Source: an uncultured Gammaproteobacteria bacterium (GTDB taxonomy: Bacteria > Patescibacteriota > Patescibacteriia > JAHIZJ01). From it: a stretch of 64,000 nt of DNA. Positions 1-9,168 of the stretch are shown here, piece by piece (within the stretch, counting starts at the first letter, position 1; every line of letters starts with the position of its first letter). Position numbers and translations under genes: made by a program. The notes under the pieces were generated by a model. It had not been told where the DNA came from and made no database searches. It worked only from the letters and a program-made list of their open reading frames with translations. The stretch lies in NCBI GenBank assembly GCA_964594455.1, contig CAZQLY010000001.1, positions 133,989 to 197,988 of the forward strand. Direction: 5' to 3'.

Positions 1-3
1 GCA

Positions 4-219
4 TTGGAAAACCTGAAACTAGTTTGCAGTGAACTAGGCATGATTACCACGACATATCCATTCACAGTTGCCAAGGTAGATAAAAACTTTAAAACCTCCA
101 ATGAACCAATTGAAAAAAAGTTAAATTATTTCGAAAAAAAATTAGAAAAATTTACTGCTGAATTTGAATGGTATCTGGAGGCTTTAAAAGTGCAGAGAAA
201 AAAAGGGCTGCCTTTTTAA
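4..219 (+). CDS. 3' end of a hypothetical protein; its 5' end lies outside the window
   Basis: ORF runs from the window edge to a TAA stop; no recognisable motifs. Confidence 0.3.
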   Translation: MENLKLVCSELGMITTTYPFTVAKVDKNFKTSNEPIEKKLNYFEKKLEKFTAEFEWYLEALKVQRKKGLPF

Positions 220-290
220 AAATAAAAAAACTTAGCTAATTTAATATAATTGTGCTAAAATTTATTTAGTTAATAATTGAAATAGCTATT

Positions 291-1046
291 ATGAAAAAAA
301 TAGTTATTATAGCTGCGATAATCATCGTTGTTTTATTTATCGTATTAATCGTTGTTATGGCTCTAAATGATGATGAGAATAACGTCAGCAACGCCGGAGG
401 AAAGCTGGCCGCATTTTCTCAAAGCGATACTGAAGTAATGATTGACTTTTCGGCCTGTCCCGCAACCGGTGTTGCCAAGATAACTATGGGCTCAAGCGCA
501 GACGCGTTAGAATTAATAGGGAAAGATGGTGATAATTGCCTAATGCAATATGGCGCTGATCCCGATGATCCAGACTGGGGTGGTTCATATGCCAAGAACT
601 GTCAGGTGCCTATTAGGCTGGGACAGGTTACTTTTTCCAAACAAGAAAGCGGGATAGATTATAGACCAATCAGAGAATATTGCAGTGCTAATGATAATAG
701 CAACACTATTTGTTCAGATATAAACGATGAAGAAGAATGTAAATCACAGTCGGGCTGTTTGACAGTTGATTATTGTACTTGCACGACTGATTTTAATCGG
801 GCTGAAAAGTGTGGTTACTCTATACCGGGCGATGAGCAATGTTTATGTGATATGGGAGGATTTGAAAGATGTGAAGATTTACATTGCCCGGCGGCCCGAA
901 GTGCCTGTGACGAAGATTTTTGTTCAAATTACACCTACAGCGATTGCCCAACACTTTGTCAAAAAGAATGCCAGCCCAGTGATTGCCATGGAGACGTTTG
1001 CACAAATGATTGTGATGGGGCGGGGTCGTGTTACTGCTCTAATTAA
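291..1046 (+). CDS. Cysteine-rich secreted or membrane-anchored protein
   Basis: N-terminal hydrophobic anchor; C-terminal 100 aa carry more than 25 Cys (for example CTCTTD, CLCDMGG, CDGAGSCYC). Confidence 0.6.
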   Translation: MKKIVIIAAIIIVVLFIVLIVVMALNDDENNVSNAGGKLAAFSQSDTEVMIDFSACPATGVAKITMGSSADALELIGKDGDNCLMQYGADPDDPDWGGSYAKNCQVPIRLGQVTFSKQESGIDYRPIREYCSANDNSNTICSDINDEEECKSQSGCLTVDYCTCTTDFNRAEKCGYSIPGDEQCLCDMGGFERCEDLHCPAARSACDEDFCSNYTYSDCPTLCQKECQPSDCHGDVCTNDCDGAGSCYCSN

Positions 1047-1079
1047 TTCATAAACATGACAATATATGCTGTTTGTCGT

Positions 1080-1108
1080 TGACAGCGGGTTTTGTTATTG
1101 ATACAATA
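1080..1108 (+). promoter_or_regulatory. Sigma70-like promoter (TTGACA, 17-nt spacer, TACAAT)
   Basis: ttgacagcgggttttgttattgatacaat about 30 nt upstream of the 1139 start. Confidence 0.5.
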
Positions 1109-1138
1109 TAAATACCTAGTAATTAAGTAGGAATTTAT

Positions 1139-1696
1139 ATGAAACAAGTGATAGGTTTAATAGCTGCGATAATAGTGGTATTGGGTGTCGTTTGGGGATT
1201 AACCGTAGTTTCTAACAACAAAAATGACAGTGCAGAAAATGATGCTATGACAAATGTGGATAAATCAACTAACTCAATGAATGACTCCAATGATAAAGCC
1301 ATGAATGACAATATAGGTGATGAGGCAATGGATGATAATATAAATGATTCTGATGATTCGATGGACGACTCAAATACTAATTCTGTTAGTAATGCTCAAT
1401 ACATTGATTATTCAGAATCAAACTTAGAGAGTACCAAGTATAAAACCCAGGTTTTGTTCTTTCATGCCAAATGGTGTCCAACCTGTAAGGCGGCTGACCA
1501 GGAGTTTACAGCCAATCTGGATCAATTGCCAGACAATGTTGTACTAATAAAAACAGATTATGATACTCAAACCGCTCTTAAGCAAAAACATGGCATTACC
1601 TATCAACACACTTTTGTCCAAATAGACGAGAACGGCAATCAGATCACTAAATGGAATGGTGGTGATGTGGAAGAATTAATATCCAACATTCAATAA
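1139..1696 (+). CDS. Membrane-anchored thioredoxin-family protein
   Basis: N-terminal TM segment, low-complexity D/N/S-rich linker, C-terminal thioredoxin fold with WCPTC active site. Confidence 0.7.
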   Translation: MKQVIGLIAAIIVVLGVVWGLTVVSNNKNDSAENDAMTNVDKSTNSMNDSNDKAMNDNIGDEAMDDNINDSDDSMDDSNTNSVSNAQYIDYSESNLESTKYKTQVLFFHAKWCPTCKAADQEFTANLDQLPDNVVLIKTDYDTQTALKQKHGITYQHTFVQIDENGNQITKWNGGDVEELISNIQ

Positions 1697-1702
1697 AATA
1701 AT

Positions 1703-3430
1703 ATGTTTGTTTTAGCCGGATTTGCTTTTGTAGCAGGTGTTGTCACAATTCTATCACCCTGTATTCTGCCGTTGTTGCCGATTATCTTATCTAGCTCAAC
1801 CTCGGGAAGTAAGAAGAGGCCCTTCGGTGTGGTAACGGGTTTTGTTGTCAGCTTCACTTTTTTTACACTTTTTCTTTCCACCATAGTTAGTGCTACCGGG
1901 TTATCCGCGGGATTCTTACGCAACCTAGCTGTAGTTATTTTGATTGGTTTTGGCTTGAGCTTATTGATACCAAAAACTCAAGAATTACTCGAGAAGCTAT
2001 TTACCAATCTTTCTAACAAAACACCTCAGCAAAGAGAACGTAGTGGTTTTGGTGGCGGAGTAATAGTTGGTATTAGTTTGGGTTTAATCTGGACACCCTG
2101 CGTGGGCCCGATTCTGGCTTCGGTCATTTCGCTAGCTTTAACCGGCACAGTTTCCGGTACTGCATTAATAATTGCGCTGGCTTATTCAATCGGTACTGGG
2201 TTACCAATGCTGGCAATAATATTTGGTGGCCGACAACTGTTACAAAAAGTACCCTGGTTATTGCGCAATACCAGTAAAATACAAAAAGCTTTTGGCTTAC
2301 TAATGATTGTGACGGCAGTGGGTATACTTTTTAACGTCGATCGGACATTTCAATCTTACATTTTAGAAAAGTTTCCCAATTACGGATTGGGTTTGACGCA
2401 GATTGAGGACAACGAAACCGTTCAAAAAGAATTAGATAATTTAGATAATCAAAATATTAAAGAAGAAGATATGGGAAAACCAATGGACGAATTTATGGAC
2501 GATGAATCAGTACGCGCGCCTGAATTAATTAGCGGCGGCAGTTGGTTCAATTCAGAACCATTAAAGATTAGTGAGTTAAAAGGGAGGGTTGTATTGGTAG
2601 ACTTCTGGACTTATACCTGTATAAATTGCATTAGGACTTTGCCCTATATAGAAAATTGGTACGAAAAATACCAAGACAAAGGCTTGGTCATTGTTGGCGT
2701 ACACACTCCAGAGTTTGAATTTGAGAAAAACCCTGATAATGTAATGAAGGCCATTAAGGATTTTGGATTGACTTATCCAATAATGCAGGACAATGATTAT
2801 AAAACCTGGCGGGCCTATTCCAACCATTATTGGCCAGCCAAATATTTAATAGATAAGGATGGAAAAATACGCTACACTCACTTTGGAGAGGGGAAGTATG
2901 ACGAGTCAGAAAAATGGATCCAAATATTATTGGAAGAAACAGGATCTGACGTTCAATCAGACGCAATCAGCAACCAAGAATACGATATAAACAGCCGAAC
3001 TCCCGAACTATATTTGGGCTATTCCCGGATAGCCGCTTTAGCTTCTCCAGAAAGAATATCAGCCAACAAAGTTAGTCAATACAGTTTACCGAGCAAGTTA
3101 CCAGATAATACATTTGCTTATGTGGGGGATTGGAAACTCAACTCCGAATACGCAATACCAGAAGCTGGGTCTAGCTTGGTTTTGAATTACGAATCTCAGA
3201 ACGTGTTTTTGGTGATGAGATCCCAAGACGGTCCAGCTAAAATTCTGATAAGGCTGGATGGAAATGCTCTTGATTCCAATATGGCTGGAGTCGATTTGGT
3301 TGACTCGGGCGTGACAGTGGACATAGACAGGCTTTATACTTTAGTTCAAGCTGATTCACCTGGACAGCATCAACTGACTTTAGAATTCCCTGAAGGTGGA
3401 GTAGAGCTTTACGCATTTACGTTTGGTTAA
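1703..3430 (+). CDS. DipZ/DsbD-like protein: CcdA-type transmembrane electron-transfer domain fused to a TlpA/ResA-like thioredoxin domain
   Basis: N-terminal multi-TM CcdA-like domain with the SPC..P.LP motif; periplasmic domain with CINC (CxxC) in a VLVDFWTYTCINC context, typical of TlpA-like thiol:disulfide oxidoreductases. Confidence 0.75.
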   Translation: MFVLAGFAFVAGVVTILSPCILPLLPIILSSSTSGSKKRPFGVVTGFVVSFTFFTLFLSTIVSATGLSAGFLRNLAVVILIGFGLSLLIPKTQELLEKLFTNLSNKTPQQRERSGFGGGVIVGISLGLIWTPCVGPILASVISLALTGTVSGTALIIALAYSIGTGLPMLAIIFGGRQLLQKVPWLLRNTSKIQKAFGLLMIVTAVGILFNVDRTFQSYILEKFPNYGLGLTQIEDNETVQKELDNLDNQNIKEEDMGKPMDEFMDDESVRAPELISGGSWFNSEPLKISELKGRVVLVDFWTYTCINCIRTLPYIENWYEKYQDKGLVIVGVHTPEFEFEKNPDNVMKAIKDFGLTYPIMQDNDYKTWRAYSNHYWPAKYLIDKDGKIRYTHFGEGKYDESEKWIQILLEETGSDVQSDAISNQEYDINSRTPELYLGYSRIAALASPERISANKVSQYSLPSKLPDNTFAYVGDWKLNSEYAIPEAGSSLVLNYESQNVFLVMRSQDGPAKILIRLDGNALDSNMAGVDLVDSGVTVDIDRLYTLVQADSPGQHQLTLEFPEGGVELYAFTFG

Positions 3431-3519
3431 ATATTAAAGGATTGACATAGATCAGTCCTTTTGATAAGGTGGGTTCGCTCTTTAGCCAGCACTAGGCCAA
3501 TCTCGCCAAGGAGGCTGCT

Positions 3520-3852
3520 ATGAAAATCAAGAAGGTGTCGCTGGTAGACAGACCCAGTGATACGGAACTGGAAGCGTCTTTAGTTCAGGGAAAGGACGCC
3601 ACAATTGTGATCAGGGACCTTGAAGGTATTGTATTAGGTATCAGGGGTAGCCGGGTGGTTGTCAAGGTGGACGTTACTTCGGTGGGGCGAGTTTCTGGTC
3701 AGTCCAGACAGAGAGGCTTCATGGGCCACGTGAGGAGGGGGCCAGGAAACCATGTTTTCGTCGAGGGAGTGATCAATGATGATGAGGATGAGGGATGGGT
3801 GGCCGTAGTGCATGATCGAGAACCTTCGATCCAGCTGATGCCACAGGGATAA
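3520..3852 (+). CDS. Hypothetical protein (GC-rich islet)
   Basis: AAGGAGG SD 7 nt upstream; ends in ...DREPSIQLMPQG; its 3' end and terminator are duplicated at 5757-5890. Confidence 0.5.
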   Translation: MKIKKVSLVDRPSDTELEASLVQGKDATIVIRDLEGIVLGIRGSRVVVKVDVTSVGRVSGQSRQRGFMGHVRRGPGNHVFVEGVINDDEDEGWVAVVHDREPSIQLMPQG

Positions 3853-3869
3853 ACCCCTGTGGTTTTTTA
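3841..3869 (+). terminator. Rho-independent terminator (8-bp stem ccacaggg/ccctgtgg, then T7)
   Basis: Hairpin overlaps the stop codon of the 3520 gene and is followed by ttttttt. Confidence 0.7.
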
Positions 3870-3999
3870 TTGACAAGTGAAGCAATATTGCATAAGGTTG
3901 TTTTGTTCTTTGAAAGATTAAGGCATTGAAGCTTGTCACTATTTTAGTGATAAAACGGATTACACGACCAAGCCCAAACGGTGAAAGGAGGGGTTTACT

Positions 4000-5589
4000 A
4001 TGATTCGCTGGTTGCTTATCCTATTCCTGCTAGTTCTGCCAACTCTGAGTAGTGCAGATGAGCCAATGGACACTGAAATCTTAAGATTTCTTGTCATTCC
4101 CAACCCTGATTGTGGTCTAAACTGGACCTATCAGGACAACTACTTCGATCCGCTCAAAGCTAATCCAGAATTAGCCCTGGAAGACGTCACGGCTGCTTTG
4201 CGAAAAGATCGGGGATCTGATCCTCTCTATACGGCTCAGCTCAAACTTGATGCCGCTATTGTCTATGGTGAACTGGATTCTCCGGTGATGGCTCAGCGAT
4301 ATAACCAGGAAGCTCTGGATATGTTGGAGCGGTTGTATCGACGCAACCCGAGTGCTGAGTGCGCTTTTTTCATCGGTCAGGCCAAAGAACGTCTAGACCA
4401 GGACAAAGAAGCCAACGCCTGGTACGAGAAAGCTTACGAACATGATCCGAATTACTATCCTGCTGTGTTTGAGATGGTCAGTGAGGTTAGTTTCAAGGAT
4501 CAAGAGAAGGCTACTCTTTGGGCGAGACGGGCTAAGAGGCTGTCTGATAAACTGCTCGGCTCTGGGGCTGATGCCTCAATAAGAGCTGAAGTAGCTTATG
4601 AATTTGCCGGCGTCAGGTCCAGTATAATGGCTAGGAGTCAGGTCGTTGGCTGGTTTGACATGATTTGGGAATTGGCTGGAAGTGAAAGTGATGAATCTGA
4701 GTCGACCAAACAAGCCCTGACCAGCATGAAAAGCATGTTTGGATCACTGTGTTCTGAAGAGAATGTCAGCCTCCTCAAAACTGCAGCTGATCTTGATCCT
4801 ACCAACACCCAGCATCAAGTTGCCTATGTCGGAGCCAGACTGGGACAGATATTCTTTGGTGTATTCGACATCATTGCCGAGAAGGATGAGGATATTCCTG
4901 ATGATGAGGCGCGGCAGTATTTCAAACAGTGGTTTATTGATAACAGAACGGCCATCCAGTCTCTAAGAGATAAGCTGGAAGCCTTACCACCGGTTGAACG
5001 CCTTCGTTGCCCGGTTGTGCATTACTATCTAGCCTATGCAGACGTTCTTCTTGGCGAGTATACGATTGCATATACTGAGATCTGTGAGTTTATCCGGCTA
5101 AAACCGGACAATGACTCTGCTCAGTCATTGCTTTGCACCGTTATTGATCAGATGCCAGGAAGCAACCCGAACCTGGGCGACATCCTCATGACATACACCG
5201 AGAGGAAGTGTGAGCTGTATCCGACCATGGCAGATTGCTACCGCTATGGTTACCTCAAGTGGCTAACTGGTGATCTGGCTGGCAGTTATCAAGCATTTGC
5301 CCACTCGGCCTTGTTTGCAATTGAGGATTTTCGACCCAGACTGGCTTGTGCTGTAGTCATGCTTCAAAATGGCCAGACAGAAGACGCTCTATCGTTTGTC
5401 CAAACACTTGAGTTACATGAATCCGATCTAGTCGGTCAGGAAGAGGCATGCTATTACATACTCAAGTCAGTCATTGCAGCCCGAAGAGGTGATCTGGATA
5501 TCGCCAAATACTGGGCAGAAAAAGCAGCCAACCAAGACGATCTAACGCCTGAATCCCAAGCTTTGCTGAGCTATCTGAATGTTCGTTGA
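4000..5589 (+). CDS. Secreted TPR-like repeat protein (GC-rich islet)
   Basis: AAGGAGGGG SD; N-terminal signal peptide (LLILFLLVLPTLSSA); helical repeat-like composition with Tyr/Ala/Leu periodicity. Confidence 0.55.
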   Translation: MIRWLLILFLLVLPTLSSADEPMDTEILRFLVIPNPDCGLNWTYQDNYFDPLKANPELALEDVTAALRKDRGSDPLYTAQLKLDAAIVYGELDSPVMAQRYNQEALDMLERLYRRNPSAECAFFIGQAKERLDQDKEANAWYEKAYEHDPNYYPAVFEMVSEVSFKDQEKATLWARRAKRLSDKLLGSGADASIRAEVAYEFAGVRSSIMARSQVVGWFDMIWELAGSESDESESTKQALTSMKSMFGSLCSEENVSLLKTAADLDPTNTQHQVAYVGARLGQIFFGVFDIIAEKDEDIPDDEARQYFKQWFIDNRTAIQSLRDKLEALPPVERLRCPVVHYYLAYADVLLGEYTIAYTEICEFIRLKPDNDSAQSLLCTVIDQMPGSNPNLGDILMTYTERKCELYPTMADCYRYGYLKWLTGDLAGSYQAFAHSALFAIEDFRPRLACAVVMLQNGQTEDALSFVQTLELHESDLVGQEEACYYILKSVIAARRGDLDIAKYWAEKAANQDDLTPESQALLSYLNVR

Positions 5590-5756
5590 AGCTCCTTATA
5601 CTATTCCCCATGTTTCAGTTCATGGGTTTTTTTTATTGACATTTAATGAATATTATCGTAAGTTTTTGTTTATGTTTGAACCATCTTTATCTGTTCTTTG
5701 TCTTTGCAAATAGATAATTACCAATAGGTCATGGATTGAAAACATTGGGAGGAAAA

Positions 5757-5878
5757 ATGCGAGAAGCTGAGAAGGTCCAGTGGATTACTGGAACGGAATT
5801 AAATTGTCTAGACTGGGATGCCGTGGTAGGTGATTGAGAACCTTCGATCAAATTGGTCCCACAGGGTTAAAGGCCTCT
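5757..5878 (+). pseudogene. Degenerate partial duplicate of the 3' end of the 3520..3852 gene, with an in-frame TGA
   Basis: Translation ...LDWDAVVGD*EPSIKLVPQG* parallels ...EGWVAVVHDREPSIQLMPQG*; the 14-nt core gagaaccttcgatc is identical, and the downstream terminator is also shared. Confidence 0.4.
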
Positions 5879-5900
5879 GTGGTTTTTTATAATTGCATTG
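5844..5900 (+). repeat. Copy 2 of a roughly 57-bp repeat (gene 3' end, terminator hairpin, T-run, TTGACA); copy 1 is at 3817..3875
   Basis: Shared blocks gagaaccttcgatc, ccacaggg, ctgtggttttttat; both copies are followed by TTGACA. Confidence 0.6.
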
Positions 5901-6023
5901 ACATTATTAGGAAAGCATGCTACAGTACTTTGTCGACTTTAATTAGTCGACTACTTGCTCATTGAGTGCGGAAGTTTCGCACTAAAGACCCGGTTTTCAA
6001 ATATCGAAAGGAGGGATGCATAA

Positions 6024-6398
6024 GTGTCCCTTACGAGAAGTGGTAACCTCAGCAGTGGTAAGGCCTGGGAAATGGTTCCCAGTCAAAAGAGTTCAGTGAC
6101 AGAGGGCTCGCATTCCATCGTTCATGTGGTGGATGACCCTGATCTGAGTTCGGAAGAACTTCACGAGCTACTGGGTGTGGCCCAAACTTTGGCCTGTGAG
6201 CTCTCCGAGAGTCATGGAGAACCAGGCCGTTTCCGGATCGCCTACAATGGTCCAGCTCAGCGGGTCAGACCGACTCATCACATCCATATCATCCTACCCA
6301 AGGGAGAAGACGCACTGCCGCGTTTGGTGGCCAACATGAAGGACGTAGCCAGCACCATTCAACAGACTCTGGCCGGCGCCTTTCCCAAGAAGGGCTAG
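6024..6398 (+). CDS. HIT (histidine triad) family protein (GC-rich islet)
   Basis: Histidine triad HHIHIIL (H-x-H-x-H-x-x hydrophobic) near the C-terminus; GTG start 8 nt after AAGGAGGG. The start codon is uncertain: GTG at 6024 or an internal ATG. Confidence 0.5.
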   Translation: MSLTRSGNLSSGKAWEMVPSQKSSVTEGSHSIVHVVDDPDLSSEELHELLGVAQTLACELSESHGEPGRFRIAYNGPAQRVRPTHHIHIILPKGEDALPRLVANMKDVASTIQQTLAGAFPKKG

Positions 6399-6410
6399 TG
6401 AGCTGATACA

Positions 6411-6447
6411 AGCCCCGACAGCTAACGCTGCTTGGGGCTTTTCTTTA
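6411..6447 (+). terminator. Rho-independent terminator after the HIT gene
   Basis: agcccc...ggggct hairpin followed by tttctttat. Confidence 0.6.
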
Positions 6448-6451
6448 TATG

Positions 6452-6480
6452 AAAAAAGCAGTTAGGTTGTCCCTAACTGC
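6452..6480 (-). terminator. Rho-independent terminator after hutU (minus strand)
   Basis: 9-bp stem gcagttagg/cctaactgc preceded on the plus strand by aaaaaa, which is a U-run on the minus strand. Confidence 0.65.
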
Positions 6481-6491
6481 TGTGTAATGTG

Positions 6492-8537
6492 CTAGTTGAA
6501 CGCCTGCTCGACTGCGCGGCCAACAAATACAGGGTCAGAGTGATGCGGCAGTGTTATCTGCAGACGGGAATCGGCCGCCATGGATTCTTTGATGGAGAAC
6601 TCAGCCCCAGGATTGCTTCCGGTCCAAGCTCTGCGAGCCAGGCCGTTGTTGACGTCGATTGCCATGAGCATCCTAATGCGTCGGTCAGTATCATCAGTTC
6701 CATCGAGGATCAGACCAAAGCCGCCGTTGATGCCCTTACCCCAGCCAACACCTCCGCCGTTGTGGAGACAAGCCCAAGTGGCACCCGAGCGAATACTGGC
6801 CGCGAAATTATGTACTGCCATATCGGCACAACGATTGCTGCCGTCAGCAATATTGGCTGTTTCGCGGAGAGGAGAATCGGTTCCGCCTACGTCGTGGTGA
6901 TCTCTCCCCAGAGCAATGGGTCCGATTTCAGCGCGACGCACCAGGTCGTTAAAGGCCAAAGCCAGCAGTGTCCTACCCTCGCGATTGCTGTAGAGGATAC
7001 GCGCCTGGGATCCAACTACCAGCTTATGAAAATCAGCCTCTACAATCCAGCGCTGGTTGTCCTCAATCTGTTGTCTGATTTCAACGGGGGCTCGACTGAG
7101 CATATCATTGAAGATTATAATTGCTTCTGCGTCCGTACGTTTCAGATCCTTGAGTTGGCCGCTGAGACAAACCCAGCGGAACGGGCCAAAGCCATAATCG
7201 AAACAAATCGGACCCATCAGATCCCTCACATAGGAAGGGTATCGGAATCCATCAATGTCTCCTTCGATGTCAGCTCCTGAGGTTCTTGATTGATCCAAGA
7301 AAGAATTCCCGTAGTCGAAGAAGCGAGCACCACGTTCGACCAGAGAATTAATCAGGCTGACCTGTACCCGAATCGATTCATCGACCAGTTCCTTGAAACG
7401 TTCTGGATCATCTGCAATCATCTTGTCAGCGCGCTCCAGAGTCAAAGTGTGGGGGTGATACCCGCCGGAGTAAGGCAGGTGGCAAGAGGTTTGGTCTGAG
7501 ATGAGATCGATCTTAACATCCGAGCTTACCAAAGCATCCAACAGAGTTACGATGTTGCCCAGGTAGCCGAGCGACAAAGGCATTTTGGCCGTCATTGCTT
7601 CTTTGATCAGTCTTATGGCCTCACCCGCGTCATTCGTGGACTTGTCGATCCAACCATGTTCCAGCCTACGGTTCAGGGCTCTGGGATTCACCTCGGCGAT
7701 GATTGAAACGATACCGAGTATTTGAGCGGCTTTTCCTTGAGCGCCGCTCATACCACCCAGACCGGAGCTGACAAACAGCCTTCCTTTCAGGTCCTCAAGG
7801 TTATTGAGCCCGAAGTACTTGCGGAAGGCATTGAGGATGGTGATGGTTGTACCATGGACAATGCCCTGTGGTCCAATATAGAACCAGCCATTGGCTGTCA
7901 TTTGGCCATAGGATGTGAGTCCCAGGGCGGAAAGGTCATCATAGTCTTGATCGGTCGAATGCCTCGGAACCACCATTCCAGCTGTAGTAATCGTCCTGGG
8001 TTGGTCAGGTGAAGAAGGAAACAGTCCCAGAGGATGACCTGAGTAGACCTGGAGTGTGTGATACTGGGTCAGTTGTGAGAGATACATCATTGTCAAACGG
8101 TACTGTGCCCAGTTCTGGAAAACAGTACCGTTGTTGCCGTAGGTAACCAATTCATGCGGGAACTGAGCCACCTCCAATTCGTCCAAGTTGTTCTGGATGT
8201 TGAGCATCATGGCACGACCCTCAAGGCACTGGCCAGGATACCAATCAATCGGACGGGCGTACATGCGGTAAGAGGGACGGAATCTGTACATGTAGATCCG
8301 GCCGCGTTCTTTCAGCTCACGAGCGAATTCTGGCGCCAAGACGCTATGCCACTTTTCAGGGAAATAGCGCAAAGCGTTTTGAACAGCGAGAATGCGTTGA
8401 TCACTGGTGAGTTGATTCGGACGAGGAGGTGCATGATTAACCCCTTCATCCCATAACGGTTCCGGCGGTAGGTCGTCAGGAATACCCTCGGCGACCAAAC
8501 ACTGGAACTCTTCACGAGTAACTTCTACACCTGGCAT
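6492..8537 (-). CDS. hutU: Urocanate hydratase (urocanase), long form (GC-rich islet)
   Basis: Urocanase signatures GQMTANGWFYIGPQGIVHGT and SSGLGGMSGAQ. Start at MPGVEV (ATG at 8537) with GGAGGTG SD; the ORF-track start at 8612 looks like an upstream extension. The 681-aa length resembles long/eukaryote-like urocanases. Confidence 0.85.
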   Translation of the reverse strand: MPGVEVTREEFQCLVAEGIPDDLPPEPLWDEGVNHAPPRPNQLTSDQRILAVQNALRYFPEKWHSVLAPEFARELKERGRIYMYRFRPSYRMYARPIDWYPGQCLEGRAMMLNIQNNLDELEVAQFPHELVTYGNNGTVFQNWAQYRLTMMYLSQLTQYHTLQVYSGHPLGLFPSSPDQPRTITTAGMVVPRHSTDQDYDDLSALGLTSYGQMTANGWFYIGPQGIVHGTTITILNAFRKYFGLNNLEDLKGRLFVSSGLGGMSGAQGKAAQILGIVSIIAEVNPRALNRRLEHGWIDKSTNDAGEAIRLIKEAMTAKMPLSLGYLGNIVTLLDALVSSDVKIDLISDQTSCHLPYSGGYHPHTLTLERADKMIADDPERFKELVDESIRVQVSLINSLVERGARFFDYGNSFLDQSRTSGADIEGDIDGFRYPSYVRDLMGPICFDYGFGPFRWVCLSGQLKDLKRTDAEAIIIFNDMLSRAPVEIRQQIEDNQRWIVEADFHKLVVGSQARILYSNREGRTLLALAFNDLVRRAEIGPIALGRDHHDVGGTDSPLRETANIADGSNRCADMAVHNFAASIRSGATWACLHNGGGVGWGKGINGGFGLILDGTDDTDRRIRMLMAIDVNNGLARRAWTGSNPGAEFSIKESMAADSRLQITLPHHSDPVFVGRAVEQAFN

Positions 8538-8602
8538 AACACCTCCTATTGATGGTTTATTGACAAATCTGCGTTTACAAAGAACAAAAAAGCACTGTAA
8601 TA

Positions 8603-8631
8603 ATTTATACATAAATCAGTAATATGTCAAA
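8603..8631 (-). promoter_or_regulatory. Sigma70-like promoter for hutU (minus strand: TTGACA, 17 nt, TAAATT)
   Basis: Reverse complement reads tttgacatattactgatttatgtataaatt, about 65 nt upstream of the hutU start. Confidence 0.45.
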
Positions 8632-8642
8632 CAGTATTTTAT

Positions 8643-8677
8643 TAAAAAATGGGCGGCTGAATTGAATCAGCTCGCCC
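8643..8677 (-). terminator. Rho-independent terminator (minus strand) between the small ORF and the hutU promoter
   Basis: Minus-strand gggcgagctgattcaattcagccgccc hairpin followed by attttttaat. Confidence 0.6.
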
Positions 8678-8718
8678 AAAGGACCATGATTTCACGTCCG
8701 TGAAGCCTCGGATATTGG

Positions 8719-8850
8719 CTATTGGACGGAACCCTCTTCATCACCACCTTCGATGGCGATCTGCTTCGTGGTCCGACTTCTTCTTGCGAGCGACCTCTTC
8801 TCACACTCGACTGGCGACCCGCGTGGGGTCGCCGAGAATTGGATGAGCAT
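8719..8850 (-). CDS. Small ORF (43 aa) with a strong SD; hypothetical
   Basis: AAGGAGG 7 nt upstream of the ATG; followed by its own terminator. Competes with a plus-strand ORF at 8722..8907; coding status uncertain. Confidence 0.3.
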   Translation of the reverse strand: MLIQFSATPRGSPVECEKRSLARRSRTTKQIAIEGGDEEGSVQ

Positions 8851-8984
8851 CGTAAACCTCCTTATTGGAGTCCAAAAAGGAAGGGCCGCGCTCCTCGTAT
8901 CTACTAGGGTTGGCTAAAAGCCGACTGGAGCGGCGTAATCAGCCAGTAGCCATTACAGCACAGTCATTTTGGCCTCACCTCCTT

Positions 8985-9010
8985 TGCGGAAAACAGCTGC
9001 GGAAAACAGC
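8985..9010. repeat. Tandem direct repeat, 2 x 13 bp (tgcggaaaacagc)
   Basis: Exact tandem 13-mers in a GC-rich non-coding stretch (8700-9060). Confidence 0.7.
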
Positions 9011-9106
9011 GGAGTAGAAGCGAGCAACATGGGACAGTGGTTGGCACACATGAGAATAGCAGCGGCGACCTGATTGACATCGCCAATATAATTCTGGCAA
9101 TAAATA

Positions 9107-9135
9107 TCTGCTTTGTCAATAATATGTGAAAATGT
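9107..9135 (+). promoter_or_regulatory. Sigma70-like promoter (TTGTCA, 17 nt, TACAAT)
   Basis: ttgtcaataatatgtgaaaatgttacaat upstream of the 9169 gene. Confidence 0.5.
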
Positions 9136-9168
9136 TACAATTATTTCACTTAATATTAACGAAAAACA

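Noticed and set aside
5757-5878. TGA recoding (code 4/25) suggested by the in-frame TGA in the paralog remnant
   Set aside because: TGA ends the TPR gene at 5589 and the six-frame track yields full-length conserved proteins under the standard code; the TGA here is best explained as a pseudogene lesion.
8537-8850. Leader-peptide attenuation of hutU by the upstream 43-aa ORF and hairpin
   Set aside because: The hutU promoter (TTGACA-17-TAAATT) lies downstream of the terminator, so the terminator ends a separate upstream unit rather than gating hutU transcription.
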